64,000 nucleotides of DNA from Candidatus Bathyarchaeota archaeon (GCA_963706285.1 CAVPLU010000008.1:1-64000), one strand, 5' to 3'; shown: positions 51,176-61,493, numbered from the stretch's first letter. Notes: generated by a model not told the origin, from the letters alone. A program made the numbers and translations.

Positions 51176-52261
51176 ATGTCACTCAAAGTCTTCGTAAGTA
51201 GTAGGATCAAGAACGGAGAACTAGCCGAGGAGCGCAACCTGGCGCGGAAAACAATCGAAGAATTGAAGCTAGAGCCTATAATGTGGGAGTTCCTCCCACC
51301 ATCCACGTCATTGGATGCCGAAGACGCCTACCTAGACGGAGTCCGGCTTTGCGAAGTATATGTGGGAATAATCGGTGTGGAGGGCTCCCCCGCATCGCTT
51401 CGGGAATTCGAAGAAGCCGTGAAACTCGACAAGAAATGTTTCATGTTTGTGAAGAAAGTGCCCCAGCGACAACCAGGTGAAGATGAGTTCCTAGAGCATG
51501 CCAGAAAATCCAAGTGCGATGAATACTCGGATCCCCAAGAATTCTCGTCACAATTGGAGAAGATGCTTCTTGCCTTCATAGCTGAACAAACGCTGAGACG
51601 ACTAGAAACAAAGGGTGAGTCCCGGGAGAACGTTGTTCACGCTTATCTTGAAGAATATGTTAGACCTGTGTTTGACGAAGTCAAGGAAATTGCTCTTTCT
51701 TTGAGCGACAGACGATATGTTGAGCTCCCTACTAATGCTTGGAGTAGTGCCAGCAGAAGCGAGTTCTTTGGCACAGACGCTAGTGCGGATCAGCGGCTAG
51801 CAGAATTCTACTCCAGGGTGCACAGCCTCAACGACTTGCGCAACGCTGCCATCGATGACCACAGACAGAACGTTGTTTCGGCAATGGAAGAAACGTTCCT
51901 TGAGACCGCCCAACCTCTCAATGAGTACGTCGTTGTCGAACGTCTACTAAATGAGAGCTTCGAATTCTTTCTAACCCGCGTGGATCCTTACAGTGAGCTT
52001 GCCAAGCCGTTGTTAAATCGGCTTGATGGCCCACTCAAGTCTATTGCGCCTGAATATTGGAAAATACCATATGTGTCCGCACTGTGGCTTGTCAATAGGG
52101 CGTTCGTGCGGAGCCATCCTCCCGTTCTGGAAGAGAAGGGTGTATTGAAAGGAGGCAGAATGGCTACATATCTTGATGCATTCGGGGCCCTTCATCCCGT
52201 GGCAAGACGGATCTGTGAAATGCTACAAGAAATCTATCAAGGAAAGATCCAAGGCTCATGA
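51176..52261 (+). CDS. DUF4062 domain protein
   Basis: KVFVSS...LAEER...YLDGV..CEVYVGIIG...SLREFEEA...FVK; helical C-terminus of unknown function. Confidence 0.85.
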   Translation: MSLKVFVSSRIKNGELAEERNLARKTIEELKLEPIMWEFLPPSTSLDAEDAYLDGVRLCEVYVGIIGVEGSPASLREFEEAVKLDKKCFMFVKKVPQRQPGEDEFLEHARKSKCDEYSDPQEFSSQLEKMLLAFIAEQTLRRLETKGESRENVVHAYLEEYVRPVFDEVKEIALSLSDRRYVELPTNAWSSASRSEFFGTDASADQRLAEFYSRVHSLNDLRNAAIDDHRQNVVSAMEETFLETAQPLNEYVVVERLLNESFEFFLTRVDPYSELAKPLLNRLDGPLKSIAPEYWKIPYVSALWLVNRAFVRSHPPVLEEKGVLKGGRMATYLDAFGALHPVARRICEMLQEIYQGKIQGS

Positions 52262-52509
52262 CAACATTTGGAACGCAGTACGACATATCACTTCTTCATT
52301 TCGATTCACCTTGAATTAGACTCTCGACTGATCCCAAGCCCTTTTTTGTCACACGAAGGATCTTCCGACCTATTTCCTGCCGCCTTGAAAGACAGAATAG
52401 ATACTCGATCTTGAGGGAAGCTTTGAATTCATCTTTTCTCCTTATGGGACCGCAGCTGGCCGCGTAGAAGATACCGTGAACCTGAGAATGATCGAAATCA
52501 GTTTCGACG

Positions 52510-53376
52510 ATGGTTGTCATGCCGGAACCGCTCACCAAAGTGGATTTCACGAATTTGAACAAAGTGCTGTATCCAGAGCATGGAGTCACGAAAGCTCAGG
52601 TTATTGAGTACTACATCAGAATTGCCCCAAAGATGCTCGGCCTGTTGGCGAAAAGGCCGCTTTCTCTGACCAGGTTTCCTAATGGCGTCGATAAGCTTGG
52701 CTTCTACGAGAAGGACACCCCAACGGGTACGCCATCGTGGGTAGAGACTTTCAAGAGATACTCCGAAACAGCGCAACGGGAAATCAATTACATAGTCTGC
52801 AATGATTTGGACACACTCCTTTGGCTCGCCAACCTCGCCGCCTTGGAGATCCACATGACGCTTTCCCAGACAGACTCCTTCGAAAGTCCGGATCTCGCCC
52901 TAATTGACCTAGATCCGGAACCACCGGTAGGCTACGATGATGTCGTCGAAGTCGCGCTCTTGCTGAAAGAAAAACTAGAGGCATCAGATCTCAGATCCTA
53001 CGTCAAGACATCTGGCAGGAAGGGATTGCATGTTGTAGTCCCCATTTGTGAGGGATACACGTTTCGAGAGACACGAGAATTCGTCCATCAGATCGGAAGA
53101 AGCCTAGAGAAAGAATCCGATATCGTCGTCGCAGAGTTCTCCAGGTCACGAGACTCCGGAACGGTCTTCATAGATTACTTGCAGAATTCCCACGGAAGAA
53201 CAATGGTTTGCCCTTACAGTTTGAGAGCTACTCCCAACGCGACCTTGTCAATGCCTCTGGAATGGAGCGACGTAAGGAAGGGTTTGAATCCCGAAGAGTT
53301 TAACATACTCACCGCGCGAGGAATTGACAGCAACCCGTGGAAGGATCTGCTTCAGGACAAGCAGAGACTGGCGTGA
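52510..53376 (+). CDS. ligD: NHEJ primase-polymerase (stand-alone LigD Pol/PolDom)
   Basis: TNLNKVLYP, TK..V.EYY, RFPNG, FYEK, LEIH, DLDP, KTSGRKGLH, IDYLQN, PYSLRA. Confidence 0.95.
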   Translation: MVVMPEPLTKVDFTNLNKVLYPEHGVTKAQVIEYYIRIAPKMLGLLAKRPLSLTRFPNGVDKLGFYEKDTPTGTPSWVETFKRYSETAQREINYIVCNDLDTLLWLANLAALEIHMTLSQTDSFESPDLALIDLDPEPPVGYDDVVEVALLLKEKLEASDLRSYVKTSGRKGLHVVVPICEGYTFRETREFVHQIGRSLEKESDIVVAEFSRSRDSGTVFIDYLQNSHGRTMVCPYSLRATPNATLSMPLEWSDVRKGLNPEEFNILTARGIDSNPWKDLLQDKQRLA

Positions 53377-53382
53377 GCTGGG

Positions 53383-54177
53383 ATGGTTAAAGAGAAGAGG
53401 GAAATATCCAGCAGACCGATTTGGACTGGAAGAATTAGTATCGGTCTAGTGAATGTTCCAGTCAAACTCCATACGATGGTATTTGATAGGGGTGTCTCTT
53501 TCCATTTTCTGCACAAGGACGATGGCCAACCGCTGAAGTACGAGAGGGTTTGCACTAAAGACGGTCAAGTCGTTGCTTGGGAGAATGTCGTGAAGGGGTA
53601 CGAGGTCAGCAAGGGTCGGTTTGTAGTCTTCCAGAAAGACGAATTGAATGCGGCAAGGCCGGAGTCAAATCAGACGATCCGCCTTCAGAAGTTTGTAGAC
53701 TTCCTTTCGATCGATCCGATCTACCTCGATAGATCCTACATTCTGGCGCCTGACAAGAGCGATGACGCCTACAGCCTTCTCTTGGGGACTCTTCAGAAAA
53801 TGGGCAAGGCGGGTGTCGGGAGGATCACATTGCGGGAGAAGGAGTGTCCAGTTCTTGTGCATCCCTACAAGAACGCCCTAGTCTTGACCACTCTGCGATA
53901 CGCAAGCGAGATCGCAGACCCCGCCCGGCTCGAAGAGCTGAAGACGCTTAAACAACCTAACCAGGAAGAGATCGCCCTCGCCAAGAAGATAGTATCAGAT
54001 CTCTCAGGAGAATTCGACATAACAGAGTACAAAGACGCCTACCAAGAAAAAGTGAAGGCTCTGATAGAGAAGAAGATGAAAGGTGAAACAATCGTCTACG
54101 AACAGCCCGTGAAGGAAGAAGCAAAGGAACTCATGGTGGCCCTCCAGGAAACTCTCAAACAACTGAAGAAGAAATGA
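53383..54177 (+). CDS. ku: Ku protein (prokaryotic NHEJ)
   Basis: RPIWTGRISIGLVNVPVKL, VKGYE, IDPIYLDRSY, YKDAY, LMVALQETL. Confidence 0.95.
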   Translation: MVKEKREISSRPIWTGRISIGLVNVPVKLHTMVFDRGVSFHFLHKDDGQPLKYERVCTKDGQVVAWENVVKGYEVSKGRFVVFQKDELNAARPESNQTIRLQKFVDFLSIDPIYLDRSYILAPDKSDDAYSLLLGTLQKMGKAGVGRITLREKECPVLVHPYKNALVLTTLRYASEIADPARLEELKTLKQPNQEEIALAKKIVSDLSGEFDITEYKDAYQEKVKALIEKKMKGETIVYEQPVKEEAKELMVALQETLKQLKKK

Positions 54178-55572
54178 GCCCCAACCGATACAGACCAATG
54201 CTCGCACAATCCGTGCCAGCACCCTTCACCTCCAAAGACTGGATCTTCGAGATCAAATGGGATGGCTTTAGGGCGATCAGCTACGTGGACGATGAGCTGA
54301 GAATAACGAGTAGAAATGGCACGGAGTTGAAGCACAACTTCCCCGAACTTCAAGAATTGAAAGATCTAGCTCGCAACGTTGTGCTCGACGGCGAAATAGT
54401 TGTAATGAAAAATGGGAAAGCGGATTTCCAAGCAGTCTTAGAACGAAACAGAAGAACAACTTCTCTCGACATTGAATATCGATCCCAAGAATCTCCCGCA
54501 ACATACGTAATCTTTGACATACTCGAAAAGGACGGCAATGCCCTCATCGGTCTTCCCTTAGTCGAAAGAAAACGAATCCTGAAAGAATCCGTAAGAGAAG
54601 GTCAACATGTCATACTATCGATCTATGAAGAAGAGGATGGAAGATCATACTACGATGCTGCCCTCAAACAGGGCATAGAAGGCGTAATAGCGAAGCGAAA
54701 AGATAGTCCATACGAACCTGGCGCTAGAAGCAACAACTGGCTGAAGATAAAGTCCCTCACGTCCTGTGACTGTGTAATCTTCGGATATACGAGCGGAGAA
54801 GGCCGCAGGAAAGAGCGCTTTCGGGGCAATGATCCTGGGACTCTATGATGGCGGAACGCCAGTCTATGTTGGAAAGGTGGGTACAGGGTTCTCGGACGAC
54901 GCAATGGAACTTCTGATGCAAGCATTTCAGGACTTGCGAATGAAGGAACCAACTCTCAGTAATGTTGACGTTTCACAACAGATTACTTGGCTTAAGCCGA
55001 TTCTTGTTTGCGAGATCGTCTATCAAACAGTCACGAAAGACCATAGACTCCGCATGCCAAGGTTCAGCAGATTGCGATCCGACAAAGCTCCGCTTGAATG
55101 CACGTTAGATCAAATAATGCCTACGGGCTTGCAGGAATACGTCTCTAAACGGGACTTTGGTCTCACCCCTGAACCCGCGGGTACTTTAGTGAGAGAGGAA
55201 GGCATGGCATTCGTTGTGCAGGAGCATCATGCCAGAAGGCTTCACTATGACTTCAGGCTGGAGAGGTTGGGAGTTCTGAAGAGCTGGGCCGTTCCAAAAG
55301 GAGTTCCCGAAAAACCCGGTGACAAGAGACTCGCGGTGGAGACTGAAGATCATCCGCTAGAATACAAAGAATTCGAAGGCACGATTCCTCAGGGGCAATA
55401 TGGCGCCGGAACCGTCAAGACATGGGATAAAGGTTCATACAAACTCCTTGTATGGGATAAAGAAAAGATCGAGTTCATTCTCACTGGAGAAAGGCTTGAC
55501 GGCAGATATGTCCTTGCGAGATTCAAGAAGGCAGGGCCGAAGCAGTGGCTTCTGATTAGAGCGAGGAATTGA
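54174..55572 (+). CDS. ligD: ATP-dependent NHEJ ligase fused to C-terminal 3'-phosphoesterase (LigD Lig-PE); frameshift near 54820
   Basis: PMLA, EIKWDGFR, DGEIV, FDIL, EGVIAK, WLKIK; OB domain GKVGTGF...LRMPRF; PE domain EY..KRDF..TPEP, VQEHHARRLHYDFRLE, SWAVPKG, EDHPLEY, YGAG. Confidence 0.93.
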
Positions 55573-55573
55573 A

Positions 55574-56332
55574 TTGGCAGCCAAGGTTCACATCGGCACA
55601 ATGGGCTGGAGCTACAACTTCTGGACGAGTGGATTCTATCCAACAGACCTAGCGCCGGAGAACTTTCTTTCCGAATATGCGAAACACTTCGACACGGTCG
55701 AGGTAGACAACACGTTCTACAGGATCCCCAGCAAAGAGACAGTGGAGAAATGGAGAGATCAGACCCCGCCAAATTTCTTGTTCTCAGCGAAATTTCCCAG
55801 ACGCATAACTCACGAAAAAATGCTAAAGGACTGCGAAGAAGTCGTGAAGGTGTTCCTTGATCGAATATCCTGTCTGCAAGACAAGCTTGGCCCCTTGCTG
55901 CTTCAATTCCCCTACGCATTCAAGCCCGAGCACGTCGAGCTCCTAAGAGATCTACTAGCTAGACTACCCAGGGCGCATCGCTACGTCGTAGAGGTCAGAA
56001 ACAAGAAGCTGCTGCAGGAAGAATTCTACTCCTTACTCAAAGAAAACAAAACGGCCTTAGCCCTCGTGGAACAGCCTTTCATGCCCACCATTGAAGTCAT
56101 GGCTTCTGACTTCACCTACATCCGCTTGGAAGGCGACAGGAGAAGAGTGACGGGGACTCTGGGCAAGGTGGAGATCGACAAGAGTGACGGCATTAGAGGT
56201 TGGGCGGAAAGGATCAAGAAATATTTGGATCTCTCAATGGAGGTGTTCGTGTACTTCAGCAAATACTACTCAGGCTACCCTCCCGAAGATGCGGCGCAAC
56301 TCGTCAAGCTGCTGAGTCAAGTAGAAACCTAA
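55574..56332 (+). CDS. DUF72 (YecE) TIM-barrel protein
   Basis: IGTMGWSY..W, VEVDNTFY, KFPRRITH, LLQFP, EVR, YIRL, VYF. Confidence 0.92.
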   Translation: MAAKVHIGTMGWSYNFWTSGFYPTDLAPENFLSEYAKHFDTVEVDNTFYRIPSKETVEKWRDQTPPNFLFSAKFPRRITHEKMLKDCEEVVKVFLDRISCLQDKLGPLLLQFPYAFKPEHVELLRDLLARLPRAHRYVVEVRNKKLLQEEFYSLLKENKTALALVEQPFMPTIEVMASDFTYIRLEGDRRRVTGTLGKVEIDKSDGIRGWAERIKKYLDLSMEVFVYFSKYYSGYPPEDAAQLVKLLSQVET

Positions 56333-56563
56333 GGTTCCAAAGCCGGCAGTCGAAGCCGAATCAATTCGCGCGGTCGTATCTCCTCCCACACCGTTCGGGG
56401 CAGACAATTATCTAGCTAGCGAGACTCCACCCATTCCAGTATGAGTTGCATTCGACCGATCGCATTGTGATGATGCTCGTCTCTGCTATGTCAGTAAGGT
56501 GACTAACCCATGCCTTGGAAAGTCTTATCTGCAGAGTAAAGGAAACGCTCGCGAGGCCGGATT

Positions 56564-57811
56564 ATGCTTCATTTGAAACCGAGTAGAATGAAGAGGTTGT
56601 TTCTCACACTTGTCTTGGCGTTTGTCATATCTACAGGTGCAAGTTCCGCGGCGGTGTCAATGCAGCCTGCATGGGCTGACTTTCCGGGGGATAATGGTAA
56701 GATCGTTTTCCACAGCACCCGCGCTGGCAACTATGACATCTATACGATGAATACTGATGGCTCAGGAACAGTCAGACTAACAGATAACCCAAAAGATGAC
56801 TATGACGCTGCGTACTCTTCGGACGGGAAGAAGATAGCGTTCACAAGTACCCGAGACAATCCGAAAGGCCAGATCTACGTCATGAATGCTGACGGCTCAG
56901 GGGTAAACCGGCTGACGAACAACGCAGCAAGCGATGGTTACGCCGTCTGGTCTCCTGACGGATCACGGCTCGCCTTTGAGAGTAACCGAACCGGCAACTT
57001 TGAGGTCTACGTCATGAATGCTGATGGTTCAGGGCAGATCAACCTGACGAATAATCCAGCGATCGATGGCTCCCCCGCTTGGTCTCCTGACGGCCAGAAG
57101 ATAGCTTTCCACACGAATAGAGATGGCAACTGGCAGATCTACGCTATGAATGCTGATGGTTCAGGCCAGATCAACCTTACGAAGAAGTCGTCAAATGATC
57201 TCGACCCCAATTGGTCTCCAGACGGGTCAAGGTTAGTGTTCGGTAGCGGTAGGGATGGGAACTGGGAGATCTACGCTATGAATGCCGATGGTTCAAACCA
57301 AACGAGACTCACAGGCAATCCTGCATATGATAGGTGGCCAGCTTGGTCTCCTGACGGCCAGAAGATAGCTTTCCAAACGAATAGGGATAGTAACGATTGG
57401 GAGATCTATGTGATGAACGCTGCAGATGGTGCAGTGGTAAACAGGCTGACTAACTGGACGGGAGCCGACGGGAACCCGGCCTGGCAGCCACTCCCGACCT
57501 CCACTACAACCACTGCCACTACCAGTACCGAAGAGCAGGGGGACTACGTGAGTAGAGGCGAATTGTTCCTGTATTTGGGGATTCTGACAGCAGCATTTCT
57601 GGCAATAGCGCTCATAGGCAGAAGGGGAAGCCGTAGGCCCGCTCCGACACCCTCGATATTTCCAGCTGCTGCGCCCGTCACACCGACAGCCGCTCCTTAC
57701 ACGGTTTCGCAACCGTCGACCACAACCAAACACTGCAGCCAGTGTGGCTCAGAAATACCTGAAACAGCGAAATTCTGCACAATATGTGGCGCATCCCAAC
57801 CCAGGAAATGA
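56564..57811 (+). CDS. Membrane-anchored TolB-like (PD40) beta-propeller protein with cytoplasmic zinc ribbon
   Basis: Signal peptide, ~44-aa repeats (IYVMNADGSG...WSPDG.KIAF), Thr linker, TM helix, C-terminal CSQCG...FCTICG. Confidence 0.9.
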   Translation: MLHLKPSRMKRLFLTLVLAFVISTGASSAAVSMQPAWADFPGDNGKIVFHSTRAGNYDIYTMNTDGSGTVRLTDNPKDDYDAAYSSDGKKIAFTSTRDNPKGQIYVMNADGSGVNRLTNNAASDGYAVWSPDGSRLAFESNRTGNFEVYVMNADGSGQINLTNNPAIDGSPAWSPDGQKIAFHTNRDGNWQIYAMNADGSGQINLTKKSSNDLDPNWSPDGSRLVFGSGRDGNWEIYAMNADGSNQTRLTGNPAYDRWPAWSPDGQKIAFQTNRDSNDWEIYVMNAADGAVVNRLTNWTGADGNPAWQPLPTSTTTTATTSTEEQGDYVSRGELFLYLGILTAAFLAIALIGRRGSRRPAPTPSIFPAAAPVTPTAAPYTVSQPSTTTKHCSQCGSEIPETAKFCTICGASQPRK

Positions 57812-57842
57812 TATCGAAGGATGTCGCTAGTTCGGTGATGCG

Positions 57843-58784
57843 TTAGGTTAGGAACAGGATTGAGACTCCAACTACAGCCATGACTGCGCCTATTATTCCT
57901 CGCAGACTAGTCCTTTGCTTGTATAGTACCCATACCACTGGAATTATGAAGATTGGCATCAAGGACAATAGGGTCTGAGCGACGCCGGCATCAGTGTAGG
58001 TTACCGCGACCATAGACAATGTCACACCCATAAAAGGTCCAATGAATGCACCAGCAGCAGTGCGGCTGATTCCTTCTTTGTTGTTTACTGCATTGCGAAG
58101 TTCAGGCAGTTTCCTTGCAGCTGCTGCCACAATCCACACAGATAATGCTCCAAGAATCATTCGCATCAAGGTTGCAGATAGTGGATTCAGCGCTATTCCT
58201 GGATTTGCGTAGATTCCCTTTTTTGCTAGAACCAAGCCTAGTCCCTGACCAATCGCTCCAATTAACGCAAGCAAGAGACCGTAGTTTCTTTGCTTCTTTG
58301 AAACGAGTTCTTCTCCAGAGCACTCTTCCTCTTCTAGTATGACGATGACGACACCGCCTAGAGTCACGGCTATTCCAATTACGGCCAACGTCGGGATTAT
58401 CTCTCCCAACATCAGGTAAGCAGCTACGGACGCGAATATTGGAGACAAAGCCATCAGAAGAACTGAACGCCGGGGTCCAATCTCAACAAGCGCACCGAAG
58501 TATCCAAAATCACCTATGCATAGCCCAACAACCCCGCTCATTCCCATCCAGAACCACTGCTGATTGTTCGCCATGGGCAATATGGTTCCTAGGAGAATGA
58601 TATGCGAAACCGCAAGGAAGCCCACCGCCATGATCAAACGATAAGCGTTGACACTGAGTGAACCAATCCTCTTTCCAGCTGAAGCGAAGAACAAGGAGTT
58701 GACTGTCCAAAGGAATGAAGTAGCTACTGCGGCGATCTCTCCAACAATGTTAGGGTCCAAATCATTCACTGCGCTCGTGTTCAA
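57843..58784 (-). CDS. EamA/DMT family transporter
   Basis: About ten TM helices in two EamA repeats; IGPRRS..LMALSP, LGE motifs. Confidence 0.9.
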   Translation of the reverse strand: MNTSAVNDLDPNIVGEIAAVATSFLWTVNSLFFASAGKRIGSLSVNAYRLIMAVGFLAVSHIILLGTILPMANNQQWFWMGMSGVVGLCIGDFGYFGALVEIGPRRSVLLMALSPIFASVAAYLMLGEIIPTLAVIGIAVTLGGVVIVILEEEECSGEELVSKKQRNYGLLLALIGAIGQGLGLVLAKKGIYANPGIALNPLSATLMRMILGALSVWIVAAAARKLPELRNAVNNKEGISRTAAGAFIGPFMGVTLSMVAVTYTDAGVAQTLLSLMPIFIIPVVWVLYKQRTSLRGIIGAVMAVVGVSILFLT

Positions 58785-59049
58785 TACGTGTAGCTAGGGA
58801 AACGCAGGGGTCCTTTTCGTCTTTGGTCTGCAAGCCTCATGGTGCGCCCTGCCAGAAGGAGGCATGGAGCAGCGGGAGAAAAATAAAAGATCATGGGTTC
58901 GGCAACTATGAATTCGATATCAATAGTGCTCTAGTGTTAGGAAGAAGCCCTTTCGCTTCATCCGCGCCGTCGTTCCGGTTCAAGTGAAGGTTGCCGGTGA
59001 CGTGAATCAAGACTAGTGAAGTCGTTCCAGCAAGATTATCAGAGACACT

Positions 59050-59418
59050 GTGGTCCAGGTCGTTCAGATGTTTCCGATGAACTTCTCAAAGGTGAACGTT
59101 GAAGCGAAAGAGGATGCACCGGTTCAAGAAGAGGGAGCAGTGGGCGTCAAGATCAAGTGGCTACTTGACAAGTCGGTGGGGGCTCCAACCTTTGCTATGA
59201 GACATTTCTCTATCCAGCCCGGAGGACATACGCCGCTTCATAGTCACGACTGGGAACATGAGGTCTACGTTCTAGAAGGTGAAGGTTTTGTGAGGCATGA
59301 GGACAAGGAATATCCAATTCGACCTGGAGACGCCATCTTTGTACCTCCGAACCAAGTACATCAGTTTCGCAGCACCGAGCTCAGCCATCTGAGGTTCCTA
59401 TGTATGGTCCCGCTGTAA
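59050..59418 (+). CDS. Cupin domain protein
   Basis: PGGHTPLHSHDWEHE.YVLEG, PGD..FVPP...HQF. Confidence 0.92.
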   Translation: MVQVVQMFPMNFSKVNVEAKEDAPVQEEGAVGVKIKWLLDKSVGAPTFAMRHFSIQPGGHTPLHSHDWEHEVYVLEGEGFVRHEDKEYPIRPGDAIFVPPNQVHQFRSTELSHLRFLCMVPL

Positions 59419-59497
59419 TCTTGCAGTATTGCTGTTCTATTGCATGAGTCATAGGAGCAAAGTCAACAAGTTTGTTCTTCTCGAAACCTATTGGGCC

Positions 59498-60181
59498 TCA
59501 TTTGCTCGTGCAGGTGATTCTTGTTACGTACTTCACCCAGTCCAAGCCAGGTCTTGTAGGTGCGACGAGTCTTGCGGGATATCCGTGTTCTACGGTCAAT
59601 GGGAAATCTTCCGGCTTTCAGCGCAATAATGTTATCCGCGTTTGCCACCTCATCCGAATTGAGCGTCATCTCGTATCCTGTGATGCTCTTGATTGTGACG
59701 TTAGCTAGGTTCTCGAGGGACACTCCCGCTTGGTTCAGAAGATAGATGAGCGGTATGCCTTCCCAGAGAACGTCGGCTGCCCACCCTGTTACGCATTGGA
59801 TCTCTCAGAGTCTTCTGGACACTAGGCATAGCCTGCAAATCTTCTAAGGTGAATTCCAGCGACTTCGATACGTCTCCATCGATGGTCAGTCTGTAGTCGT
59901 TCGAGTCTATCGTGGTCGGTTCGATCTCCGTTCCACGTCACTGGGAAACTGAAAGCCTCAGTTGTCGATGTAATTGGAGGAACTGTCGATATTGTCGATG
60001 TAGTCTGGGGTGCTGTTGAGATTGTCGATGTAGCCTGCGATGCGTTGATTGTCGTTGCTGTAGTCTGAGATGCAATAGGTACCTCTCCTGTCGTTTGTTC
60101 AAAAAACCACCATGACCCAGTCACAATAGCCACAGCCGCCAGGGGAATTAGCTTGACGAATTCTCTTCTTTCAAGTTTCAT
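59498..60181 (-). CDS. Tat-exported sulfite-oxidase-family (MsrP/YedY-like) molybdoenzyme catalytic subunit; several frameshifts
   Basis: ERREFVK Tat motif, Thr-rich linker, [24 protein letters not shown] and [14 protein letters not shown]...WVKYV.RI across frames. Confidence 0.75.
59975..60075. repeat. Imperfect ~30-bp tandem repeats encoding a Thr-rich linker
   Basis: (G)ATTGTCGATGTAG recurs at about 30-bp spacing ([30 protein letters not shown]). Confidence 0.7.
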
Positions 60182-60524
60182 GAGTCACACCAGCTCGCAT
60201 TATGCGTGCCCAATCGCTGTTCGGAGAACAAATCGTGTAGCTATGAAGGTTGAGCCTCTCAACTTGCACGTCTCTACGATTCTGTTTTGCTTTCTCGGAG
60301 ACTCAGTTGGCAGATGTTTCCATTACACGAAGAACGGGAAACGTGGTTGCTTGTCTTCTCAGACTAGTACATACTACGAATAGTGGTGGTCTCAGCATTC
60401 TGGTAGCCATTCCCATCGTCAAACGTGACCTGAGCTGGCTCTTGGCCATTGTCAGGATTCTAAGTTGGTGCGTCGTCTTGAGCGTTTCATCCTTTCTATT
60501 TCGCAGTCGACGTAGCAGCGTTTC

Positions 60525-61493
60525 TCATCTGTTGGCATATTTGGTTGGAACGCATTTTCGAGATCTTGTATCAACACGAAACAGAGTCTTAACATTGAAC
60601 CCGGTTGCTTTCCTCACATTTCTGACGCCTTGGTATTCCGGTTTCTCGAGAACACAGAATACGTCTGAGATGTTGACATCTCGTTCCTTCAGCAGGGACA
60701 CGAGAGGAGCAAGGGTTCCTCCAGTTGATATGGCATCATCAATGAGGAGAATCTTGTCTCCCTTTGAAACGCCGTAGACCCAGTAGGTTCCGTGCTCGAA
60801 TCCGGATGCGTAACTTGTTTTCGCAAGAAGTTTTGACGAGTCATGGAGGTTTCTCTTTCTGACAACTGCGAGCGGTTTGCCCTTGAGACTCGCGACCAGC
60901 TGAGCAATCGGAAGCCCAAACGATTCTGCCGTCAGAACTTTGTCTATGTCGTTCGGCGTTTGTTGGTGAATCATGTTTGCGATCCATTCCGACCAGAGAG
61001 GATTCGGCGGCGGAATGTTCTCGGTCAACGGGTTCACTATGTATCTGTACACTCGTCTTGAGCCTCCTCTATGCCACTTCAGTTCGACGACCTTGCTTTG
61101 CGAATAAGCTTCAACAATTTGCGTGATCATAGTTCTATCAAATTTCTTTTTCGTAGCGGCCGATTCTTGGAGTGGGCGATGGAAGCATGTTCGTGTTCCT
61201 AGGTGACAAGCGGGGCCTGTCTGATCGACCAAGTACAGCAGAGTGTCTGCGTCACAGTCTACGAGAATCTCGATGATTCTCTGCACATTCCCGGATGTCT
61301 GCCCTTTCTTCCACAACTCCTGTCGCGATCTGCTCCAGTAGTGCGCGAAACCGGTTCTCACGGTCTCGTTGAGGGCTTTGGCATTCGCGTAGGCGACCAT
61401 CAGAACTTCGCGTGTTGCATAGTCCTGCACCACAACCGGGATAAGTCTCTGTTTCTCGAAAACCGTCTTGTATGCCAGTTGATCTATCTTCAA
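60525..61493 (-). CDS. hisI: Fusion: phosphoribosyl-AMP cyclohydrolase (HisI) plus type I phosphoribosyltransferase domain
   Basis: IPVVVQD, VLMVAY, YWSRSR..LW.KG.TSG, DCDAD, ACHLG..TCF; then an Hpt/Apt-like region [29 protein letters not shown]. One continuous frame; TTG start overlaps the hisF stop. Confidence 0.9.
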   Translation of the reverse strand: MKIDQLAYKTVFEKQRLIPVVVQDYATREVLMVAYANAKALNETVRTGFAHYWSRSRQELWKKGQTSGNVQRIIEILVDCDADTLLYLVDQTGPACHLGTRTCFHRPLQESAATKKKFDRTMITQIVEAYSQSKVVELKWHRGGSRRVYRYIVNPLTENIPPPNPLWSEWIANMIHQQTPNDIDKVLTAESFGLPIAQLVASLKGKPLAVVRKRNLHDSSKLLAKTSYASGFEHGTYWVYGVSKGDKILLIDDAISTGGTLAPLVSLLKERDVNISDVFCVLEKPEYQGVRNVRKATGFNVKTLFRVDTRSRKCVPTKYANR

